Source of the DNA: Eledone cirrhosa
Taxonomy: Eukaryota
NCBI GenBank assembly: GCA_964016885.1
Contig: OZ024748.1
Location: 56,730,001-56,794,000 of the forward strand
Direction of reading: 5' to 3'
DNA: 64,000 nt
The notes beneath the pieces are model-generated. The model searched no databases and was not told where the DNA came from. It saw only the letters and a program-made list of their open reading frames with translations. This document shows positions 48,666-64,000 of the stretch, piece by piece; the stretch's first letter is position 1, and each line of letters opens with the position of its first letter. The position numbers and the translations under genes were made by a program.

Positions 48666-49799
48666 CAATTCCCCACCCTTCTTTCTTTAACCTCACACAT
48701 TACCTCCCCTTACATACAAACACAACTAATTTACTAGGTACACACACATCACCCTTCTACACTTTAATCACCATACATGACACTAACTAATTATCTAACG
48801 AACCCCCACCACTAGTACTACTAAATCTCGTCTACCTCAACAGCGCAACTGCCAATCCGCCACTCTTATGTAAATCCACCGTTATTTTATTTATGTATAA
48901 TAATCATGCACGTGTGTCGTTGAGAAGATTTTAAAATTCCTTCATATCTACCTTAGTATCCCTGTAAAAGTATAACATATATGGAATGGGGCAACGGTTC
49001 TCAATTGAGAAGCATTTGGCTATCAGGAAAATGATTTCAAACCAAAGCGGGTGGAGGTAATTGTCGCCGTGTAAAGCTGGTAATACATGACAGAGCGCGA
49101 ATGATATCTAATACCACTTATATATTAGAAACAAAAATAAGATAGTGAGTAGGAAATAAGAAAGAGGGAGGAATTCAGAGAGAAAGAATAGCACAAGAAT
49201 CAAAGATAAGAAAAATGAAGGCGGAGAATTTAGAACAGATATAACGCAGGTATCTTTCTTTCTCTTGAATATGTTCGTAGACTCCATGAATTAAAATCCT
49301 TATCTATGGTTGGCAGATCCCACGTAATATATTGCAAATGAAATACCAATATAACCAATTATAAGGGTGATCACGAATTAACACTTCACAAAGACTCCAG
49401 CTTTGGATTTAATCCTGTTTAGGACTATACGATTATTGAGCTTTGAAAAGCTTGTTCAAGTTAATGCGGAGAGAATTGAAGAAAACTACCATTGGAAACC
49501 TAGGTCACTGTGAACAACTGTTTTGAAGGTTATTGTCAATTAAATTGTGTACAGTATTTGAGTGGAGCTTTGATTCAGGGACACTTGATGGATCGAACAC
49601 CTCAGTGATATTACAACACAGAAAGCAAACTGACGCATGCGTAGTTGTATCTTACATGTGATTCCGGTTCAAACCCACTGCGCAATAAGTGATGAAGTGT
49701 TTTTTTTTTAAATTATTATTATTGTGGATAAATGACACCAGCACAGCAACCATCACAACCACCACCAACAAAACAAATATTTGTCAACATCAACTACAT

Positions 49800-49840
49800 C
49801 AATACTACTACCACTACTAGTACTACTGCTGCTGCTGCTT

Positions 49841-49879
<39 letters not shown>

Positions 49880-49880
49880 T

Positions 49881-49921
<41 letters not shown>

Positions 49922-49958
49922 TGTTGCTGCTTCTGCTACTACTACTACTACTACTCTG

Positions 49959-50040
<82 letters not shown>

Positions 50041-50960
50041 CGACATAGACACTAAAAATTTAAACAGCACCAGCGGACTCTTCACTACTACAACAAACAC
50101 CAAAACTACTAACATTAACATCACTATTACCAAAATCAATAGAATAGCTAAATGTCCAATGTTCTCCTCCACAGCCACAGAAACGAGTAGGACCGACACT
50201 ACTACCATGACCACCACCACGACAACCATAATCTTAACAGGCATCAACAATATTATCAACAACAACAACAACAGCACTCACAATAACACCAGCACTACCA
50301 ATACTAACACCACTAGCACCACAGCTCCAACAACAGTCAATTTCCCCATCACTAACAACAGTAATACCATTTTTTAAAACCACCACCACCACCACCACCA
50401 CCACCACCACCACCACTGCGAATGCAAACATGAACAGCAGCACCACCAACAACATCACCACTGTCTGCACCATCTCAAGCATCAAAACCACCACCCCCAC
50501 CACCGCCGACACCACCACCACCACCACCACACCAACATGATCGTACTATCACTACCACTACCACCGCCATTGCAACAAACACTACCACAAACACGACCAC
50601 CGACACCACCAGCACCTCCAGCAACATCAACACCACATCATTCACACTGCCATATCACAAACACTACCACAATAACCATATCCAATCACAAACACCACCA
50701 CCAACACCAACACCAACACCAACAGCTACTCCAGCACCACCAACACCACCACCAGGACATACCCACTTCCATACCACAAACACTACCTCAACCACAATAA
50801 CAATCACAAACCCCACGACCAATACCACCAACACCACCACCAACACCAACAGCTACTCCAGCACCACCACCATAAGCACCGCCAACATCACCACCACCAC
50901 AAGCAGCACCACGAGCAGCAGCAGCACCACCACCACCACCAGTACAACCACCACCCACTT
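49800..50960. repeat. (ACT)n/(TAG)n/(ACC)n low-complexity region
   Basis: Read directly. Confidence 0.85.
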
Positions 50961-51106
50961 GCTCACATGCCATGCTCTTTACATTCGACAGACGTGGTTT
51001 CTTTAATAAAATAAAGGCAGGTCGATACTATCACATCGACCCTAATCTATAAGAATCCAGCCACGCTTAAAATTAAGAGAGCCTTTCTGTAAATTGTATG
51101 TATGTC

Positions 51107-51196
51107 TGTACGTATGTATGTATGTAAGGGGGTAGGTAGGTAAGTAGGTATCCAAGCAAATATATATATATATATATATGTAAGTAGGTATCCAAG

Positions 51197-51238
<42 letters not shown>

Positions 51239-51283
51239 CTTGGATACCTACTTACCTACCTACCCCTTACATACATACGTACA
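51107..51283. repeat. About 50-bp inverted repeat around (TA)n, with an extra partial direct copy
   Basis: gtaagggggtaggtaggtaagtaggtatccaagcaaa / tttgcttggatacctacttacctacctaccccttac. Confidence 0.92.
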
Positions 51284-51419
51284 TACACGTGCTTGCCTAT
51301 ATATATATACAGTAAAGTGACCAGTGAAAAAAAAATCGGTACATCTACATATGTATACGTGTGTGTATTCATATGCATACTAGTATTTCAGTATACATAT
51401 GTGGGTGTACATTTTTAAC

Positions 51420-51562
<143 letters not shown>

Positions 51563-52069
51563 TGCTTGCGGATATATATATATATATATATACTGTGTGT
51601 CTTTGTGTGTAAGTGTGTATTTATATGATTGTATGGATGCGTATATGTTAGGTATGTGTGTAGATATGTATGTGTGATTTGTCGAAGATTTTTTAAAGTT
51701 TTGTCTTGGTCTTAGTGTGTGAATATATATAGTGGAATTGTATGTAATATATATTTTAGCTCGTGTCTGTCAAAATTAATGTGTTGAATACATTCAGGCT
51801 TATGTACACGCCATCATTCACACACAAATACACATTCTTATATGTGAAAAGATAAATGCACTATACACATATGCAGGCATAAATACATAGGTGCATACAT
51901 TAGCAAAAACGCTCGAAACAAAGAGACAGTGGAGAATGAACGTGTGTGAGAGAAGGGGGAGAAGGACGCTGGGAAGAGATATACATGGGTAAAAAAAGGC
52001 ATCGAATGGACTAAAAAATATATAAATAAGAAAAGGGACGATATTTGGAGAGAGACAGAGACAGAGAGA

Positions 52070-52360
52070 GACAGAATTGTGATTTATATATAGAGGTGTA
52101 TAGAGGGATTTGATAGACAGGAGTTGGGGCAAGTCTGACAGAGTCTGTGTGAGGGAGAGAGACAGAGAGTGAAAGAGTGTGATTTATATATAGATATATA
52201 TAGAGGGATTTGATAGACAGGAGTTGGTGAAAGTCTGACAGTCTGTGTGAGGGAGAGAGACAGAGTGAAAGAGTGAGATTTATATATAGATATATATAGA
52301 GGGATTTGAGAGACAGGAGTTTGTGAAAGTTTGACAGAGTCTGTGTGAGGGAGAAAGAGA
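52070..52360. repeat. Three tandem copies of a 96-100 bp unit
   Basis: tagagggatttga recurs at 52101, 52201 and 52297. Confidence 0.85.
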
Positions 52361-53498
52361 GAACGTGAGTGAGGTTGGAGGAATAATATATAAAGAATCA
52401 AACTGTAAAAAAAAAATGGAAGAAAAAAAAATGGTGGCATGCTCTTGGTGCTTTGTTCATTAGCTGATGTTGGTTATACAATATTGGCTGGGTTGATTGC
52501 GTGAGGTCGGTGTCGCCGTGGGGTCGTGTAAAGGCGAGGTCGGTAGATGTTTAGACGAGGGTAGGAGGTGAATGGACCCTGCGGAAGGATTTGTTGTTGT
52601 TGTTGGTGGTGTGTGTGTAGTGTCGCTGTCGGATGGGGGTAGGGGATCTATGGTCTGGGGTTAGATATATCTGTCTCCTGCAACTTCAGCTGCTGCTGAT
52701 GTTTCTGCTGATGTTGTTTAGCTGTTGTTGCTGTGCTATCTCTACAACTGCTGCTGCTGCTGCTGCTGGTGTGGATATTGTTATTGTTGTTGTTGTTTCT
52801 GTTTGTTCTATGGTGGCGTTGGTGTTGAAAATGCGGATGGTGATTGCGGAATTGATGGTTGTGGTGACGGTGGTGCTGGAGTTGTGTGATTTTGTTGTTG
52901 GTGTTGGTGTTGGAGATATTTATGGTAGTGGTGATGGCGGTGCAGGAGTTGTGTGTTTTGTTTGTGAGTGTTGGAGTAGGTTTTTTGAGTTGATATTTTG
53001 TTGTTGTTGGATGTGTTAGTGTTGGTGTTGGAGAATTAGGGATGATGCTGTTGACAAGAGAAGGAAATGATAAGAGGTGAGATATAGTTAGAAAGGTGGT
53101 CATATTTGGAAAGGCTCATGATTAGACAAGATGCTGAAGAGAGAAAAGTGACGATAAGACGAAAAAATAGAGACGGTGAGAGATAGAAAGTATTGGTGAT
53201 CGATAAAGGGGAAAAAAGAATGCATATAACAGAAAGAAAAGAGAAAGATAGAAAGAACAAACGAAAGAAAGAAGGAAAGCAAGGGATGCAAAGTGAATGC
53301 ATGGCTGAAGAGAAAGAGAGAGTAATAAAGAGCTAGAGAAAAATCAAAGAGATCGAATATGCAATAGAGAGATGGTTAGAGAGAGATGCTGAGGGTGATA
53401 TACTGACAAATACATTTATTAAGAGAACGGAGATAGATAGATGGATAGAAAGAGATATAGATAGAGAGAGAGAGGGATAACGAGGGTAATATATATAT

Positions 53499-53556
<58 letters not shown>

Positions 53557-53681
53557 CCACTGATGAATTATAAGAGCCAACTTGAATAATTATCTGTTGA
53601 TCTTATACAAGCTTCTACATAAATTGGTATAATTTTACCCAAATTGTAGGAATCTTATAATGAAACGAGACGTCCGTCTGG
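53557..53681 (+). ncRNA. Type I hammerhead ribozyme motif with branched, enlarged stem II
   Basis: CCA-CUGAUGA-AUUAUAAGA...UCUUAUAAU-GAAAC-GAGACGUCC-GUC-UGG. Canonical core, 9-bp stem II base, GUC triplet at 53676-53678. Confidence 0.82.
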
Positions 53682-53886
53682 AAGAGATATGTTCGATATG
53701 TCTCATATGAAATAATACAGCCAATTTTCCACACAATACATTTAGTTAGCACCCGAACACTTAATTGGGAATATACTCACTTATGTCCTAACGTTTGTTG
53801 AGTGAGTAGGAATTTGGCCGGAGTATCGCTAAAAGCTTTCTCCGATAATGTATATATATATATATATAATATTCCCACACACTTTT

Positions 53887-53920
53887 CACCTGAAGAAGGG
53901 CTTATACCCGAAACGTTGTT
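53887..53920 (+). ncRNA. Minimal type I hammerhead motif
   Basis: CAC-CUGAAGA-A-GGG-CUUAUA-CCC-GAAACGUU-GU; stem III palindrome AACGUU; AATAAA about 35 nt downstream. Confidence 0.72.
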
Positions 53921-54012
53921 CCCCACCACCACCCCACTCTCAAGAGCGTGAAATTAATAAACATTCGTTGTACTGCCTCTCTGTCTTGTTCCTGTTCAAA
54001 TTTTCCATTATA

Positions 54013-54077
<65 letters not shown>

Positions 54078-54111
54078 ATATATTATATATATATATATAT
54101 ATATTATATAT

Positions 54112-54265
<154 letters not shown>

Positions 54266-54297
54266 ATATATATATATATATTTAAAGGTTAAACAAG

Positions 54298-54355
54298 GTT
54301 ATCTGATGAGGACGTACTGTTGAAGATAGCTCAGTACCTCTGAAATATGTATAAT
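54298..54355 (+). ncRNA. Type I hammerhead motif
   Basis: GUUAU-CUGAUGA-GGA-C-GUACUG...CAGUAC-C-UCU-GAAAUAUGUA-UAAU, overlapping AATAAA. Confidence 0.62.
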
Positions 54356-54941
54356 AAAATATATTTGATCACACGAATGTCTATTTTTGTTAATATTTTG
54401 AATTACTATATATATATATAGAAGTGTGTACGGATATATATATATATATAAGTGTGTACAAATGTATATATATCAGTATATATGCGCATGTATATATATA
54501 TACAACGTATTTGTTAGACTAAGAGTGTCTAGGTATGTATCTCCCCATGGAGTCGACACCACCAACACATCCACCACACCACCACAAACGCCACTACCAT
54601 AAACAACACCACAACCACGCCCCACACACGCCAACCCGTCTACCGACAACCCACTACCCCCGTACCACAGCCCATCCCAGTCAGCGACCGTCACCATCAT
54701 CTTATCATCACATCCACCCCCACATACACTACAGGCCAAAGCCAATCCGCCACCACCTCCCCACAGCCAATCGCAGCCAGTGACCGTCACCAACATCTTA
54801 TCATCACATCCACCCCACATACACTACAGGCCAGTACATCCCTTTGCTCCTTCCCACCAATCAAAACAACTCATATTGTCAAACTCTTGAACTTCTGTCT
54901 TTACCACATAGCATGTATTTCATTTCTTATAGTATTTTAAA

Positions 54942-55028
54942 GGGTCCGTCGAGCTGCCGATCATTGAGTCGGGTTGGATCGATACAGATCGAACCTTGAG
55001 CTGATCAGTGGCGAAACGCGCGTCACCT
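54942..55028 (+). ncRNA. Type I hammerhead fold with mutated core (CCGUCGA) and long stem II
   Basis: GGGU-CCGUCGA-GCUGCCGAUCA...UGAUCAGUGGC-GAAAC-GCGC-GUC-ACCU followed by AATAAA. Confidence 0.65.
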
Positions 55029-55179
55029 ACCAATAAATGTAATGAAGGAGTAACCAATCGTCCTTGTTATCCTTTCAATATATTACATTCTGTATAGCTC
55101 TACAACTCAACACAGAAGTGAACCTAAACATCGAGTGCTCTCCCGGGTGAACCTGCAGTAACTCCAAGTTACACCCCCT

Positions 55180-55243
<64 letters not shown>

Positions 55244-55339
55244 TAACGAGCGTAATAGAGAGAATGAGATGAATTAAAAAGTGAAACGAGTAAGATATCC
55301 AAACAGAGAGTGATCGAAAGTCAGATCCATAGAAAAAGA

Positions 55340-55373
<34 letters not shown>

Positions 55374-56124
55374 TGAGAGAGAGAGGAAAAAATATAATGA
55401 AAAGTGCAAGAAACACAAAGAAGAGAGAAATATGGAGAGAGAGAGAGGGAGAGAGAGAGAGAGGGTGAGAAAGAGAGAGAAGGACAGAGAGATTAAGTGA
55501 AAGAGAGAAAAGAGACAGACAGCTTGACAGGCAGACAGGCTGACACCTAGAATGCGGACAATGGACAGAGAATGTTAAATCTTTAAATGATGATAGGAAA
55601 AAGAGAATGATGGAAAAACAAAAGTAAATTTCAAAAAAAAAAAGGAGAATGGAGCCACACAGAGAACGAAGGTGCGAGGATATACCGTATATATATATAT
55701 ATATATGAGAAGAAAGAAGAATACTGCGTGGTTGCACATAGGTTACATATGATAAAAATAGTCCTTCGTCAGTGATTTTCCAACCATCATTGGTATTTCA
55801 TCGCATTAAAAATCAGATACCTCAGGTTGGTGCGAGCAATAACTAAATAAAGTTATTGGGACCAGTAATTCGCGTATAGCGAGGGAGACAAGTAAACAAC
55901 ATAGAAGGATAAAAGCAAACCAAATATAGGAAAATAAACAAGCAACATGGTTGCCCTGTCAGCTTAAGCTGGGTAGATTTCATGAGCAAGAGAGGTACAG
56001 ACCGTGCGATATGCGTGAGATGTAAGCATGAAGAGACCCACTACCAGCCAAACGGGAAGAAGTGAGAAGGGGAAAAACAGAGAGTGAGTGGGTGGAAGTG
56101 TAAGGAAGAGGTCAGACGAGAGAT

Positions 56125-60815
<4,691 letters not shown>

Positions 60816-61321
60816 TTACATATATACACACACAGAGAGGGAGACATAAATTTATACAAAAAACGAAATCTCTATACACACACATTCATATACGGTAACA
60901 ACCCCCAGCCCATCAAAAGTGTATACGGAAGAATTCAGAATTCAGGACATGTAGGTAAAAATAGTGGAATAAATTCTGTGTGTGAGACGAATATAGAGGC
61001 AAAAATTGTGAGTTAAGTCTGCAGCCATATTTGAAGAATGGAGGCAAGAACACAGAAGTGTCCTTTTATTCTATTTCTAGTTGTTTTTCTTTATCCTTGT
61101 TTAAATGAATTTCTGTTCATGATTATGTAGCTATTTTAGAAAATAGATGCACTCAACTGAGAATATATATGCATACTCATATACTCATACACTCACTCAT
61201 ACACACACACACTCATACACCCACATGCTCCTATACACATTCACATACACATTTACACTTACACACACATACATACACAAATACACACACACATATATGT
61301 ATTGTGATTCAGTTGATATAT

Positions 61322-61360
61322 GGCTTACTGAGGAAGATACCACTATCAGCATTCTAAGCT
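61322..61360 (+). ncRNA. Decayed minimal hammerhead motif (GAA missing)
   Basis: GGCUUA-CUGAGGA-A-GAUA-CCAC-UAUC-[GAA]AGCAUUC-UAAGCU. Confidence 0.5.
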
Positions 61361-62988
61361 ACAGCATTGTTTAAAGAAGTGTAAAACGAAGTTTCATATT
61401 GAAGTTTGTATTGGTTAGTCTCAGATACGAACCTTTCACAGTTAGGTGGCTCAAGATCCACCCGACTCCAGCCCCAATCTGCTCATCCGACTTGTTAATG
61501 AAGCAAGCTTGAATCTGATCAATAAAATCTTCAATGTGAGACTTCATTTTGTTCTTCTTATGAATGTGTGTTTGTATGTGTGTGGTCCACTTTCCTCTTC
61601 AGAATATGAAGAGAGAAATATGGAAAGTGGTCCGTGTGAGATATAGAGAGGTTTTAAAAAAATGATTGATTGTGAGTAACGATAAACTAAAACGGTGTGG
61701 GTTAAGCCTAACAGAATGAGTGAAGATTGAAAAGTAGAGAGCGTGAGAAGGGTAGAAAATATGGTCAAAATCTGGTTTCAGGTTTGAACTGTGCTTCTGC
61801 TGGTGCACAGCCCTTAAGGCGGCAAACTTGTAGAATGAATACAGCGTCAGATTTAAGACATTTCTTCAGGCACTAAACTCTTTACTTTCAAATTACACGA
61901 GTCACCTTTGGCCTTTTCTAATAACGGTGTAGATTGATAAAATAGCACTCAAGAAAAGTGGATTCGTGGAATTATTAGATCGAAGGAAGGTAAAGTGTTT
62001 TAACAGTATTTCTTCCCATGAATTCTAAGTTCAAATCCCGTCAACAATCAACAGGAACAGTTAACGTAAAAATATCAAAGGATCATCCTATAGTTTATAG
62101 TCTCAAACAAAGCAGATAAAACCTTGAAACTTTTTTTTTTTTCTTAAAGTCTGAATAGTTTTAATTTAATAAATATATTGATTGCCCTACTTAGTTCAAT
62201 AGTGTTGTGAATAGAACTTTCCAATCCTATCTATGAAGTTTTAAAGAATATATTCCTGTTTCAATTTATCACCTCATAAAAGGCAACGAACAATATCGAT
62301 TGTGCAATAGCCATATGTTTAGGGCGTATTGCTGTTGTAATTGGTACCCAAATCATCTTTAAAGTGGAAGGCATATGATGATGTCAGTAAAAATTCTGGC
62401 CTTTGTACATAGAGGATACTATTTATTAGTACGCTTTCTCTTAAAGGTGATGACAGCTATTTCTACGTAAAGAATATAAAATTGGTTATTACTCTAGATT
62501 TTAGAGTGTTGAACTGGGTCAGATTTCCTTACCAACAACTTCATCGAATTCTTTTGCAAAATACCTTATTTTCATATACCAAGAGTTGCAATTGAAAGAA
62601 AAATTGGAACATATTTTTCGCGTTTCTGATTTGAGAAACTTATCCTTACAAATTGTTAGTGCTAGATATATGGAAGTGTTCAGTCTCAGACAAAAGATAC
62701 AAAGAATATTATGGAAAGGCGTAACTGGAATAGTATATACTGTAACAAAACAGATTTATGTATTTGCCATAGTTCATGTATTTGTCTTTATTTGCCATAT
62801 TTCATGTGTATGTGTGATTGTGTATTTGTCTATATGTGTGTGAGAAAGAGAGTGTACGAGTGTGTGTGTGTGTGTGTGTGTGTGTTTTTATTTTTTATTT
62901 ACTTCACCTTTTACGTTAAACAGCATGTTGTAAATTTTAGAAGGTTCAAAATCAAGACAATACGCACACACACACATACACCCCCCCC

Positions 62989-63041
<53 letters not shown>

Positions 63042-63042
<1 letters not shown>

Positions 63043-63115
63043 CATGAGATTGTGAGTTCGATTCCCGGACCGGGCGATGCGTTATGTCCTTGAGCAAGAC
63101 ACTTTATTTCACGTT
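63042..63115 (+). mobile_element. SINE family B fragment
   Basis: B box GAGTTCGATTCC, then ccttgagcaagacactttatttcacgttg. Confidence 0.7.
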
Positions 63116-63849
63116 GTTTCTTCTACCTGGAGTTGCGACCGATAGATATTATTAGCAATTAGAAAGAGCAACGTAAACATTATTTCCTGGGTCCGATTTG
63201 ACGAAAGTCAATCGAAAATATATCATACTGGGGAACATACATAACAACAATTGCAAGTAGATGAAGGAGAATGTATTTTAATGGCTTTAGGGGCTCAAGT
63301 AAATTATGACTGCAAGATTGAATAAGATAAATAATAGAGAATAAAATATAAAAGAATCTTATTTATTGATGGTTTACGTAAAAATTCAACGAGGAAGAAT
63401 AAGAAAGAGGACATGAAACTATGTTGAATGAACAGACTAAGAAATAGCTTTAGATGAGAAAAGGCAATAGGTATGTCTGAAATAGTGAGAGAAGGAAGAA
63501 AAAATAGCATCACCACTGAAAACTATAGACATTACAGCCACGTCAAGCTTGCCTTTATTGACCACCACACCGACAAACATTCTTCTGCCTTCTAACAAAA
63601 GTCCGCCATATCATGCACAACACACCAGGTGACCTGCCATCTTCAGCATTACCTGTGGCGTAGCCATCATCAACATTGACATAATCATCACCATCAGGTT
63701 CATCATCATGTTCATCATCATCATCATCATCATTAACATATCCATCATCTTTTCCCTCAATATCACATCTATAATTATGACGATGAAGGTGATTGAATTT
63801 TCATCATCATCATCATCGTCGTCATCACACCTAATTATGATTATTATTA

Positions 63850-64000
63850 TTGGCAGTAACGGTAGAGGTTTGGACGCCATGCTTTCTAGCATAGTTACGT
63901 CCCTTTACGGTCTGAGTTCAAATCCCGCCGATGTTAACTTTGCCTTTCATCCTTACAGGTTCGATAAAATAAAGTACCAGTAATGCACTGGTTATTTGCT
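63850..64000 (+). mobile_element. SINE family A, runs off the window
   Basis: TGGCAGTAACGG...GAGTTCAAATCC...tcgataaaataaagtaccagt. Confidence 0.85.

Overview
Eukaryotic, very AT-rich, repeat-dominated non-coding DNA with no recognisable intact host gene. The tRNA-derived SINE families and extreme (TA)n/(CA)n/(GGT)n content suggest an octopus or other cephalopod genome (inference). Almost all long ORFs in the supplied track are microsatellite or minisatellite translation artefacts. Recognisable transposon relics: a 5'-truncated Penelope-like element (RT C-terminus plus GIY-YIG endonuclease) with an inverted terminal duplication, an internally deleted mariner with about 100-bp TIRs, two CRE-type (RLE) LINE 3' ends, two RTE 3' ends (one with twin-priming geometry) and many SINEs. 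The main hidden signal is a set of short, mutually unrelated cassettes, mostly inside (TA)n tracts, that carry type I hammerhead ribozyme motifs. About six have intact CUGANGA/GAAA cores and roughly ten more are decayed. Several have palindromic stem III and greatly expanded stem II. They cluster at 3.7-7.3 kb and 53.5-55.0 kb and co-occur with recurrent fold-back duplications next to (TA)n tracts. All structures were folded by eye, coordinates may be off by a few bases, and activity is untested.
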